DNA of 63,976 bases, counting the filler. It is 4 parts of 4 records of this genome, joined end to end, with 100 filler letters (N's around TTAATTAATTAA, not from the genome) between each part and the next. Parts side by side here need not be neighbours in the genome. Positions count along the whole stretch, not along the records: positions 18,998 to 39,984 come from SRR20825006_454; 3 more parts are not named here. The stretch is one strand, 5' to 3'. Each line of letters opens with the position of its first letter. The stretch's first letter is position 1. This document shows positions 21,980-31,761 of the stretch, piece after piece. Position numbers and translations under genes: made by a program. The notes beneath the pieces are model-generated. The model made no database searches and was not told the origin of the DNA. It saw only the letters and a list, made by a program, of their open reading frames with translations.

Positions 21980-24900
21980 ATGAGATCAAAGTTTACTTGG
22001 ATGCTAACGTTTTTTATGGCGTTAGTTTTACAGTTCTCCTATGCGCAGGAGAAGACAATTACAGGTATGGTGACAGACCAAGATGGTTTGCCGTTACCTG
22101 GAGCAAATGTAACTGTTAAGGGTACGTCCACAGGTACTCAAACAGATTTTGATGGAAATTATTCAATTTCTACAGCTGTGGGGAGTAAATTAGTTTATTC
22201 GTATGTTGGTCAGAAAACTGTTGAGAAAACAGTTGGAGCAGCAAGTACAATCAACGTAGTTTTAGAGCAAGATGCTCAGGCACTAGATGAGGTAGTTGTA
22301 TTAGGATATGCTACTTCTAGTAAAGCCGAATTAACAGGATCAACTGTTCAAGTTGATGCTGCAGATATTGAGCAAGTTCCAGTAGCCTCTGTAGATCAGG
22401 TGTTACAAGGTAAAGTTGCTGGTTTAGTAATGAATAACTCTTCTGGTACACCGGGTTCTACTGCAGATATCCGTATTAGAGGTGTTAGTTCTATTACAGC
22501 AGGGAATAATCCTTTATATGTTATTGATGGGGTTCCTGTAGCAAATACAGATAATGCTGATAATCAAAATTCTGGTTCTTCATTGTCTCCTTTAGCAAGT
22601 ATTAGTAGTAACAATATTGAAAGTATTACAGTGCTTAAAGATGCTTCTGCTACTGCTGCTTATGGTGCACGTGGTGCTAATGGGGTTATTGTAATTACTA
22701 CTAAAAAAGGTAGAGAAGGAAAAACAGCTATTAGTTTTAACACTTCATATGGTTTTTCTAATGATGCTGTAGATGGACCAGACGTATTAACAGGGGCAGA
22801 AAGAGAAATGTTATTTTATGAGTCTTTATACAACTCTTATGGGGTTAGTGATGGTTTTTCTAGAGATGGAGCGAAACAACATTATGAAGATAATTTAGGA
22901 TTATATGGTTCTGCATACTATGATTGGAATCAAGCAGGGAGACCTGAAGCAAATTGGGACGAAGTAGTAACAAATAAAGATGCAGCTTTTAGAGAGTATA
23001 ACCTTTCAGCTAGTGGAGGTAATGAAAATCATAATTTCTATGCTTCATTAGGATATTTTAATCAAGAAGCAACTGTTATTGGTTCTGAATTTGAAAGAAT
23101 TTCTGGACAGTTAAATTTTCAGAAATCATTAAATAGCAAATTAAAGTTTTCAACAAACAATAGTGCATCACATTCTTATCAAGATGGATTGTTAGAAACG
23201 AGTTCATATTTCTCTTCGCCTAGAACAGTTAAGTTTTTCGCTCCTCCAATAGAGCAACCATATGATGAAGATGGAGAAATCAACTTAAATACAACATTGC
23301 CTAACCCGTTATGGATTGCGCAAGAAGACATTGATGATTCTCAGTTAGTTAGAATTTTATCTAATAACTCATTAGAATGGGAAACACCTATAGAGAATTT
23401 AAGATTTACTACACGTACAAATATTGATTATCAAGTATATAACTATAAACGTTACCGTAATAGAATTGATGGTGATGGAGCTAGTACAAATGGCTATGGT
23501 TGGCAATCTCATAGTAGTAGAGCTAACTATGTATTCCAGAACTATTTAGATTATACTTGGAATGTGTCAGATGAGCATTCTATTGACTTTAAAGCATTAC
23601 AAGAGTATCAAAAAAATAGATATTATTATTTAGAGGCAGATGGAGATTCATTCTCTGATGATGGATTAACTAATTTAAATTCATCTGGTAATCCAACTAC
23701 TGCTAATTCTTATTTTACAGATTGGTCAATTGCTTCATACATGGGACTTCTACACTATAGTGGTTTTAATGGACGTTATGTTTTTGATGCTACCTATAGA
23801 AGAGAAGGAAACTCTCGTTTCGCCGATGATAATAGATGGGGGAACTTCTGGTCTGTTGGTGGAGCTTGGAACATTCATAGAGAAGCTTTTCTTGCAGATA
23901 GTAATGTAATAAGTAATTTAAAATTAAGAGCTTCTTATGGAGTCACTGGTAATGCTAACATTGACTTGAATTTGTATCAATCGTTATTAAATTACGATTC
24001 AGATTATGCAGGTACTGGAGCATCTTATCCTGGAACTTTTGGGAATCAGAATCTTTCTTGGGAGACCTCTCATACTTATGATATAGGCGCGGATTTCGGT
24101 TTCTTTAACAATAGAATTACAGCTAATGTTGGTTATTACTATAGAGAGTCAAAAGATTTATTGCTTGAGGTTCCACTTTCTTTGACAACCAGTTTTGAAG
24201 AGCAAACACAGAATGTTGGTAGAATGGAGAATAAAGGTTTAGAGTTAGAAGTAAACTTTGATATTATCCGTTCACAAAACTTCAATTTATCTCTTGGAGG
24301 TAATATGGCAACTAACGAGAATAAAGTGTTAGAAACGGCAACAGATGGAACAGGAGAGCCAATTAATATAACTACAGGAACACGTAGAGTTGAGGCTGGA
24401 CATCCAGTTTATGGATGGTATATGGTTTCTTACGCAGGAGTTAATCCAGATACTGGAGTTGACGAGTGGTATACAGATGGAGAAGGGAGTGCTACTACTA
24501 CAACTTGGTCTCAAGCTAATCAAGTATGGCAAGGAGAAAGTGCTTTACCAACGCTTACGGCAGGTTTGAATTTGCATATTGATGCTTATGGTTTTTTCTT
24601 AGATGCTAATGGATATTATGCAGGTGGACACAAAGTATTTGAAGATTGGACACGTTATACCAATGGTACAGATAGATTTTCATTAGATCTTTACAATGGA
24701 GTAGATGCATTGCTTGACAGATGGCAAGAACCAGGAGATATAGCTAGATTTCCTAAAATGGAGTATACTGCAAAACCATGGCAAAACAGTAATAAGTTTT
24801 TATATGAAGGAGATTTTATTCGTCTAAGAAATTTAACTTTTGGTTATGACTTTAATCAAAAAATTACTGAAACTATTGGAATAGATGGATTAAGGTTATT

Positions 24901-25039
24901 CTTAAGAGGAACTAATCTTTACACATGGGTGAAAGATGATCGTTTAAAATACGATCCAGAGACAGCAGCAGATGGATTTACAAGTTTGACAACACCACCT
25001 GTTAAATCATTCATTTTTGGATTAAACGTTAAATTTTAA
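21980..25039 (+). CDS. SusC/RagA family TonB-dependent transporter (copy 1)
   Basis: GTQTDFDG N-terminal domain, LDEVVV TonB box, PLYVIDGVP, LKDASATAAYGARGANGVIVITTKKG, terminal Phe. Confidence 0.95.
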   Translation: MRSKFTWMLTFFMALVLQFSYAQEKTITGMVTDQDGLPLPGANVTVKGTSTGTQTDFDGNYSISTAVGSKLVYSYVGQKTVEKTVGAASTINVVLEQDAQALDEVVVLGYATSSKAELTGSTVQVDAADIEQVPVASVDQVLQGKVAGLVMNNSSGTPGSTADIRIRGVSSITAGNNPLYVIDGVPVANTDNADNQNSGSSLSPLASISSNNIESITVLKDASATAAYGARGANGVIVITTKKGREGKTAISFNTSYGFSNDAVDGPDVLTGAEREMLFYESLYNSYGVSDGFSRDGAKQHYEDNLGLYGSAYYDWNQAGRPEANWDEVVTNKDAAFREYNLSASGGNENHNFYASLGYFNQEATVIGSEFERISGQLNFQKSLNSKLKFSTNNSASHSYQDGLLETSSYFSSPRTVKFFAPPIEQPYDEDGEINLNTTLPNPLWIAQEDIDDSQLVRILSNNSLEWETPIENLRFTTRTNIDYQVYNYKRYRNRIDGDGASTNGYGWQSHSSRANYVFQNYLDYTWNVSDEHSIDFKALQEYQKNRYYYLEADGDSFSDDGLTNLNSSGNPTTANSYFTDWSIASYMGLLHYSGFNGRYVFDATYRREGNSRFADDNRWGNFWSVGGAWNIHREAFLADSNVISNLKLRASYGVTGNANIDLNLYQSLLNYDSDYAGTGASYPGTFGNQNLSWETSHTYDIGADFGFFNNRITANVGYYYRESKDLLLEVPLSLTTSFEEQTQNVGRMENKGLELEVNFDIIRSQNFNLSLGGNMATNENKVLETATDGTGEPINITTGTRRVEAGHPVYGWYMVSYAGVNPDTGVDEWYTDGEGSATTTTWSQANQVWQGESALPTLTAGLNLHIDAYGFFLDANGYYAGGHKVFEDWTRYTNGTDRFSLDLYNGVDALLDRWQEPGDIARFPKMEYTAKPWQNSNKFLYEGDFIRLRNLTFGYDFNQKITETIGIDGLRLFLRGTNLYTWVKDDRLKYDPETAADGFTSLTTPPVKSFIFGLNVKF

Positions 25040-25045
25040 AAAATT

Positions 25046-26446
25046 ATGAAGAGAATTAATTTTATATATAAAGTAGCATTTGTAGCGGTATCCCTAGTTG
25101 GGTTAAACTCGTGTACTACAGATGACTTAGATCCTTCTACCGAACAGAATAAACCTGTAGAAGGGGGAATAACTACGGTAAGTAACCTTGAAGGAATTAT
25201 TAAAGGAGCTTATAGCGCAATGACCTCAAGTGAATATTATGGTAGAGACTATATCATAACAAATGAGGTAAGAACAGATAACTGTTTTGCTAATGGTAGT
25301 TCTGGGCGTTTTACTACAGAAGCTCAAATGGCATATAATGAGAACAATGATTATATCTGGGATAATGCTTATGATGTGATAGCATCTGCAAATATTGTTA
25401 TTAATCAGGATGTTAGTGTGCTTGAAGGGGATTTAGATTATGCAAAACACCTTCAAGGTCAAGCATATACCCTTAGAGCTTTAGCGCATTTCGATTTGTT
25501 GAAGTCATATGGTCAAATGCATGCTGGAGGAACACTTGGAGTTCCATATGTAACTGAATTTAAAGGAGAGGATTTATTCCCTAGTAGAAATACAATTGAA
25601 GAAAACAAAACAGCAATTGCAGCAGACTTTCAAGCTGGATTTGATATGATGAGCACTGCTTATAATGATTCTTCAAAAGAATTCTTAAATAAATATGCTG
25701 CAAAAGCTTTACAATCTAGATTTAATGTATATTTTGGAATGTGGCCAGAAGCTAAGACCGCGGCAGAAGCTGTAATTAACTCAAAGTTATATTCAGTTTT
25801 ATCTGCTAGTGATTTTGTAGGATCTTGGACACAAGATGGATCTTCAAATTCAATCTTTGAATTAGCTTATAGTGCAACAGATAACCAAGGAATTAATGGA
25901 CTTGCTTATATCTATAGATTAGGTCCAGCAGGTAGTTATGGAGATATTCAGGTTATTGATGAGGTTGCAACCCTTTTTGAAGATACAGACGTTAGAGGAC
26001 TCTTACCAGATGACGATGATGAGCCAACAGGAATTTTAGGATATGAAGATAATATGTTGAGAAACATAGGGAAGTATCCAGACAATAGAGGGTATGATAA
26101 TGTTCCTGTAATTCGTTATGAAGAAGTAATCCTTAACTATGCTGAGGCATTATTAGAAACAGGTGGAGATGCTTTAACGCAATTAAATATGATTCCTTCA
26201 AACAGAGGAGCTACTCCTTATACTTCTGCAACAAAGGAAAACATCCTTTTGGAGAGAAGAAAAGAATTGATGTTTGAAGGTTTCCGTTTTGATGATTTTG
26301 TACGAAATGGAATGGGAGTGGAGAAAGTTTCACCTCAACAAAATTTATTAAGTACAGTTCCTTATGGGGATTATAGATTAGCATACCCTATCACAAATGC
26401 AGAAACAAATGCTAACTCTAATATTGTTCAAAATGACCAATATTAA
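25046..26446 (+). CDS. RagB/SusD family lipoprotein (copy 1)
   Basis: LNSC lipobox, LRALAHFDL, IRYEEVILNYAEA and ERRKELMFEGFRFDD motifs. Confidence 0.93.
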   Translation: MKRINFIYKVAFVAVSLVGLNSCTTDDLDPSTEQNKPVEGGITTVSNLEGIIKGAYSAMTSSEYYGRDYIITNEVRTDNCFANGSSGRFTTEAQMAYNENNDYIWDNAYDVIASANIVINQDVSVLEGDLDYAKHLQGQAYTLRALAHFDLLKSYGQMHAGGTLGVPYVTEFKGEDLFPSRNTIEENKTAIAADFQAGFDMMSTAYNDSSKEFLNKYAAKALQSRFNVYFGMWPEAKTAAEAVINSKLYSVLSASDFVGSWTQDGSSNSIFELAYSATDNQGINGLAYIYRLGPAGSYGDIQVIDEVATLFEDTDVRGLLPDDDDEPTGILGYEDNMLRNIGKYPDNRGYDNVPVIRYEEVILNYAEALLETGGDALTQLNMIPSNRGATPYTSATKENILLERRKELMFEGFRFDDFVRNGMGVEKVSPQQNLLSTVPYGDYRLAYPITNAETNANSNIVQNDQY

Positions 26447-26483
26447 ATAAACTTTTTATTTGAATTAATTGCTAATTAATTCC

Positions 26484-26515
26484 AAACCCACCAGATTCAC
26501 TGGTGGGTTTTTTTT
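26484..26515 (+). terminator. Intrinsic terminator after SusD copy 1
   Basis: AAACCCACCAG-ATTCA-CTGGTGGGTTT followed by a T run. Confidence 0.85.
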
Positions 26516-26691
26516 ACTTCTACTTTTTTTCTCTTCCCACAGTTTTGTAATCATTACTTCTAGGTAGGTGTAGTCTGTCTTATAATTTAAGTAAGTTGAT
26601 ATGTGTTATATTCTATATTTTGTAGAATATTTGTCTCTTTTTAAGAAATATTTCACATATTAGTGCACGCTAAATTCAAATTAATTAAAAT

Positions 26692-29502
26692 ATGAGATCA
26701 AAATTTACTTGGATGCTAACGCTATTTATTGCGTTAGTTTTACAGTTTTCCTATGCGCAGGAAAAAACTATTACAGGGGTGGTATCAGACCAAGATGGTT
26801 TGCCATTGCCTGGAGCAAATGTTACCGTTAAAGGTACAACCAACGGTACTCAAACAGATTTTGATGGCTATTATTCTATCGATGTTTCTGTAGGTAAGGT
26901 AGTAGTGTATTCTTTTATTGGACAAAAAACAGTTGAAAAAACTGTTGGTTCACAAAATGTTTTAAACATAACTTTAGAGCAGGATGCACAAGCATTGGAT
27001 GAGGTAATAGTGACTGGACAAGGTGCAGGGATACAAAGAAAGAGATTGTCTACAACAGTAGATGTTGTTGATGCAGAGACTATAGATCGTTTGCCTTCAG
27101 GTCAAATAGATCAAATCTTGCAATCTAATACGCCTAGTGCACAAATCAGAATTAGTTCGGGTCAACCAGGAACAGCAGCGATCATAAGAACTAGAGGTCC
27201 TATTAGTGCCGCATCTTCTTCAACACCAGTTGTTATTGTAGATGGAATCAGGGTAGATAATTTAAATTCAAATGCAGAGTTAGGTTTGGACACTGGTGGA
27301 GCTAATGTATCTGCCTTAGCAGATATACCTGTTGAGTCAATTGAAAAAATTGAATATATTAAAGGTGGTGCGGCAACAACATTATATGGAGCTGATGCTG
27401 CTAATGGGGTTATCCAGATAATTACAAAAAAAGGAAAAGCAGGAAAGTCAACGTTTTATTATGAGAATAGATTAGGAGTGATTTCTGGAACAAAAGATTA
27501 TCTTAAATATGATAGAACAGGGGAAGCGTTATTTAGTGAAGGATTGTCAATTGAACATAAAGTAGGTGTTTATGGAGGTACTGAAAAATTCACTTATAAT
27601 TTTACAGGAAGCTTATATGAAGATGATTCATTTACAGATGTAAACCAACAAGTTAAACGGAATTTAGCATTTGGGTTTAGCGCCCAAATTACTGATAAGC
27701 TTAAGTATCAAGGTTCTTTTTCTTATGTAGGCTTTGATTCTACACTGGATTATAATGCTAATACGTCTTTTGGAAGATTTTCAAATGCTGAAGGAGGCTC
27801 ATATGGTAATCTAGATGAGCTTCCTGAAGAAGAGTGGCAGTCTCGTTTGGAGAATTTAGATGAAATAGCACCACTTGTTGATATAACTAGGGTTATAAAT
27901 AGGTTTACTGCATCCAACAAGTTTACTTATGATATTACAAGCAAATTTCAAACAAATGCAACATTTGGTGTAGATCAACGAAGCTCCGTAGATCAAGCTA
28001 TTCAAAGTAATGAATTACAAATAGTTTTGGGAAGTAAAAATCCAGGAACTACAGATCAAGCGGAAATGGATAGATCATTGAGGTCTTCATTTACAGTTAC
28101 TGCGGATTTAAACTTTACGCATAAAGCGAATACAGAAAATTTTTCTTTTGTCACTATATTGGGGACTCAGTTTTTTAGATCATCAGATAAACAAAATTTA
28201 ATATCAGGTACTGGAGGTGTTGATGGAACTTCATCTATTAATAATTTTGCGACAAAAACAGCCGAGGACTTTGTGTTGGAGAATGCTAATTACGGATTGT
28301 ATTTTTTAGAAAATATTGGTGTATATAATGTTGCTTATTTAGAGTTCGGAGGTAGATTGGATAAAAATACATCAGCTGGAAAAAATACGAATGCAATCTT
28401 TTTGCCAAAAATTGGGCTGACTTATAACATCTCAGATCATGATTTTTATAGAAATAGCAGTATATCAAATGCTATATCTAATATAAAATTAAGAGCAAAT
28501 TATGGAGAGGCAACTAATTTTGCTGAGCCATTTTCTCAAGACAAGACTTTTGCATTAGAATCGTTTTTAAACGTACCGGCATTTAGATTTGATAATCCGG
28601 GGAATCCTTACCTAAAGTCCGAAATTGTTAAGACATATGAATTTGGATTGGAATTAGGTTTTTTAGACAATAGGATTAATATTGGAGCAACAAGATATGT
28701 AGCAAAAACAGAAGATGCTTTATTTACTCCTGGAGCACCGCCTTCTTCAGGGCAACTCAATCAAATACAGAACATAGGGGAAATAGAAAATAAAGGGTGG
28801 GAATTTGCATTAAACACAGCAATTCTAAAAAATGAGAATCACAAGTTAGATTTAAATCTTTCCTATAATTACAACCGAAATAAAGTGGTAAGTTCTGGTG
28901 GAAGTGCACCCTTTAATGTAGGAGGTTTTACTGTTGTTGGTTCTTGGATCGAAGAAGGTCAAAGCTTGGGTTATTTAAGAGGAAATGCAGCATATGAACA
29001 ATCAGATGGGACTTTTGAATTTGTAGCAAATGAGAATTTAGGAGATACTTTTGCTCCTAGCTTTGGATCAATGAGTTTGAATTATAGTTATAAAAATTTC
29101 AACTTCTTTGCTACCGGAGATTATCAATTTGGAGGGAAGATTGTAGACTTAAGTTTTTTATTAAGAGTATTAGGAGGAGTTGATTATGAAGGGATTCCAG
29201 ATGCTTTAGCTGGACAAACTAGCCCTTTTAATTATGTCAATTATGTAACTTTTGATAATGATTTCTTGAAGATAAGAAACATTGGTGCTTCATACAGGTT
29301 TGGAGAGCTCTTAAAGCCATTTTCTGATATGATCTTTGGTCTTTCAGTAACGAATCCATTTAATTGGACAGCTGGAAATTTTGACCCTGAAGTAACAGGA
29401 TCTGGTATTGGAGATCAAAATGCATTTTCTAGTGGGGGATTTGCTTATGGAACTGAGTCAGCACCAAGAATTTTTATGACATCACTTAAATTTCAATTCT
29501 AA
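26692..29502 (+). CDS. SusC/RagA family TonB-dependent transporter (copy 2, divergent body)
   Basis: Same N-terminal domain as copy 1, IEKIEYIKGGAATTLYGADAANGVIQIITKKG, DPEV, terminal Phe. Confidence 0.93.
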   Translation: MRSKFTWMLTLFIALVLQFSYAQEKTITGVVSDQDGLPLPGANVTVKGTTNGTQTDFDGYYSIDVSVGKVVVYSFIGQKTVEKTVGSQNVLNITLEQDAQALDEVIVTGQGAGIQRKRLSTTVDVVDAETIDRLPSGQIDQILQSNTPSAQIRISSGQPGTAAIIRTRGPISAASSSTPVVIVDGIRVDNLNSNAELGLDTGGANVSALADIPVESIEKIEYIKGGAATTLYGADAANGVIQIITKKGKAGKSTFYYENRLGVISGTKDYLKYDRTGEALFSEGLSIEHKVGVYGGTEKFTYNFTGSLYEDDSFTDVNQQVKRNLAFGFSAQITDKLKYQGSFSYVGFDSTLDYNANTSFGRFSNAEGGSYGNLDELPEEEWQSRLENLDEIAPLVDITRVINRFTASNKFTYDITSKFQTNATFGVDQRSSVDQAIQSNELQIVLGSKNPGTTDQAEMDRSLRSSFTVTADLNFTHKANTENFSFVTILGTQFFRSSDKQNLISGTGGVDGTSSINNFATKTAEDFVLENANYGLYFLENIGVYNVAYLEFGGRLDKNTSAGKNTNAIFLPKIGLTYNISDHDFYRNSSISNAISNIKLRANYGEATNFAEPFSQDKTFALESFLNVPAFRFDNPGNPYLKSEIVKTYEFGLELGFLDNRINIGATRYVAKTEDALFTPGAPPSSGQLNQIQNIGEIENKGWEFALNTAILKNENHKLDLNLSYNYNRNKVVSSGGSAPFNVGGFTVVGSWIEEGQSLGYLRGNAAYEQSDGTFEFVANENLGDTFAPSFGSMSLNYSYKNFNFFATGDYQFGGKIVDLSFLLRVLGGVDYEGIPDALAGQTSPFNYVNYVTFDNDFLKIRNIGASYRFGELLKPFSDMIFGLSVTNPFNWTAGNFDPEVTGSGIGDQNAFSSGGFAYGTESAPRIFMTSLKFQF

Positions 29503-29513
29503 ATAAAGATAAA

Positions 29514-30938
29514 ATGAAAAAAACAATATATATAGTTTTATTAATAGCTTTTACTTTGAGTAGTTGCTCAGATAATTTTAATGAGGCAGTAGATTTTACA
29601 GATATAGAAAATCCTAACCTTTCAGAAACCTCTATTGTGGGACAGCCTAATTCCTCAAAGATTTGGTTGACAGGACTGGAGAGAGAAACATCTCTTGCTT
29701 ATAACGAGATTATAATATTAGCTGAATTAGGATCAGATAATTATATAAATACAGAGACTTTTTTCAATCAATTTCTAGATAATATAGATATTAGAGTGGA
29801 AGATCCTGATATTAGAGATACACAATATAGAATTGCCAGATTAAGAGAATCTGCACTATTTGGTTTAGAAACTGTCGGTCCTGCGGATTCTGAATATGCA
29901 ACAATAACAGAAGCTGAATATAATTTCTATGAAGGTTTATCATATATGCTGGCTGGGATGTACTTTTCAGCTTTACCTCAAGAAGAATTAGGGGTTGCTG
30001 TTAGCTCGGTAGAAAATTATAATTCTGCAATTAATTCTTTCAATAAGGCAATTACTATAAATCCAGACATCCCATATTACTATATGGCTATGGCTAGAGT
30101 ATATTATTATCTAGGTAATAAATCAGCTGCTGTTGATGCAGCAAAAAAAGCTCTAACTCTTGATAATAGTTTTATTAAAGCGGCAAAATATGACCAAGAT
30201 GACGGGCCTTCTAATACTATGGAAAGTGCATTATTTGCTAGATCTACTTTTGATGACTTACAACCTTTACCAACACTGGATTTTTTAGATCCTAAATATT
30301 CTTTTTTGTCTAGTGGAGAAGATCCAGCAGTTAATTTTTTAAAAGCAGAAGAAGCCTATCTTATTCTAGCTGAGGCGAATTTATCTACAGATATTGGAAT
30401 GGCGAAACAAAACTTAAAAAATTTGTTGATGCTAATAGCTACAAGAGAGGTGAGAACTTTTAGCGATACTATTGAGGATCGAACACAAGATGAACCTGGC
30501 TCTAGACCAGATACAACCTCAGTAGTTGTAAATGGGAGAGAGGGGCTTGTTCTTTATCGTAAAGGAGAGCAAATCAGTGTGCCATCTGTATCAGGAACTT
30601 CTCTAACTGATGAAGAAATCAATATGGCGAGCACAGAAGATGAATTACTTAAATTGATATACAGAACAAGGCAGGAAGTTTTTATAGCTGAAGGGATACG
30701 TTTTGTTGATATGGGTGTGAAATTGGTTATACATGAAAATGAAATTTTACAAAACCCGAATATTAATGCTGGAGACCCTTCAACAGTTCCAGTAATTCCG
30801 TCATTCATATCTAGTGTAGTTAGTGATTTGGATGCCATTACTTATGACCGAACATCGGGTATGGCAATGACAGCTATAGATTTAAATGATATATTGGTTC
30901 AAAACAAAACATCTTCAGAGGTAATTCCTTTTTATTAA
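29514..30938 (+). CDS. Atypical SusD-like/TPR lipoprotein (copy 2)
   Basis: LSSC lipobox, TPR-like helices, EEAYLILAEA and RQEVFIAEGIRFVD motifs; follows the SusC gene. Confidence 0.8.
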   Translation: MKKTIYIVLLIAFTLSSCSDNFNEAVDFTDIENPNLSETSIVGQPNSSKIWLTGLERETSLAYNEIIILAELGSDNYINTETFFNQFLDNIDIRVEDPDIRDTQYRIARLRESALFGLETVGPADSEYATITEAEYNFYEGLSYMLAGMYFSALPQEELGVAVSSVENYNSAINSFNKAITINPDIPYYYMAMARVYYYLGNKSAAVDAAKKALTLDNSFIKAAKYDQDDGPSNTMESALFARSTFDDLQPLPTLDFLDPKYSFLSSGEDPAVNFLKAEEAYLILAEANLSTDIGMAKQNLKNLLMLIATREVRTFSDTIEDRTQDEPGSRPDTTSVVVNGREGLVLYRKGEQISVPSVSGTSLTDEEINMASTEDELLKLIYRTRQEVFIAEGIRFVDMGVKLVIHENEILQNPNINAGDPSTVPVIPSFISSVVSDLDAITYDRTSGMAMTAIDLNDILVQNKTSSEVIPFY

Positions 30939-30982
30939 AATACTAAAAAGAGAATTAATTTTTTGTTCAATAAATTCAATAC

Positions 30983-31010
30983 AAAAACCCACCAACTTAG
31001 GTGGGTTTTT
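30983..31010. terminator. Bidirectional terminator between SusD copy 2 and rnhB
   Basis: AAAAACCCACC-AACTTA-GGTGGGTTTTT. Confidence 0.85.
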
Positions 31011-31607
31011 TTATAAATCTAATTTTAGTTGTTCTGGTAATAATCTAAAAGAAAGACGATGGTATTTTGTAGTACCATATTTTTTTATGGCTTCTCGGTG
31101 CTCTTTAGTTGGATAACCTTTATTTTTTTTCCAATTGTACATCGGGTATTCTTCATGGATTTCTTCCATATAAGCATCGCGGTAAGTTTTTGCAAGGATG
31201 GAAGCTGCAGCAATACTTAAATATTTACTATCGCCTTTAATAATACATTCATATGGAATATCTTTAAAAGGTTTAAATCTATTTCCGTCTACAATAATAT
31301 GTTCAATCTCACTATTTAGTTTATCTAGTGCATTATGCATAGCCAAAATAGATGCATTTAAAATATTTATTTCATCAATTTTAATAGGATAAATATGAGC
31401 AACGCCAAAACAAGTAGCTCCTTCTTCAATTATTGGTTTTAAGATGCTCCGTTTTAATGCTGTTAATTGTTTGGAGTCGTTAATAATTTTATTTTTAAAA
31501 TTTTCAGGAAGAATAACTGCAGCTGCCGTTACTGGTCCTGCAAGGCATCCACGTCCAGCTTCGTCAGTTCCAGCTTCTAAAGAGAATTCACTATACGATT
31601 TATACAT
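31011..31607 (-). CDS. rnhB: Ribonuclease HII
   Basis: [26 protein letters not shown] and KGYPT motifs. Confidence 0.96.
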   Translation of the reverse strand: MYKSYSEFSLEAGTDEAGRGCLAGPVTAAAVILPENFKNKIINDSKQLTALKRSILKPIIEEGATCFGVAHIYPIKIDEINILNASILAMHNALDKLNSEIEHIIVDGNRFKPFKDIPYECIIKGDSKYLSIAAASILAKTYRDAYMEEIHEEYPMYNWKKNKGYPTKEHREAIKKYGTTKYHRLSFRLLPEQLKLDL

Positions 31608-31652
31608 TTTAATCGTTATTTAGGAGCCTATATATGGCTAATTCAAAAAAGT

Positions 31653-31744
31653 CAAAGTTAAAAATAGATACGGTATTTTGTCTTTTTTCAGTGTAAAAAT
31701 AATAAATCCACTTATATGGATTTCGTTCAAATAATATACCTTTG
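31653..31744. promoter_or_regulatory. Divergent Bacteroidota -7 promoter elements for rnhB and the porin gene
   Basis: TAACTTTG on the minus strand (31653-31660) and TACCTTTG on the plus strand (31737-31744) match the TAnnTTTG consensus. Confidence 0.55.
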
Positions 31745-31761
31745 TTTTTAAATCAAAATGG

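Noticed and set aside
21920-27010. Invertible susC shufflon
   Set aside because: The shared segments are direct repeats, not inverted, each copy has its own leader, and no recombinase is visible. Kept only as a cassette-exchange hypothesis
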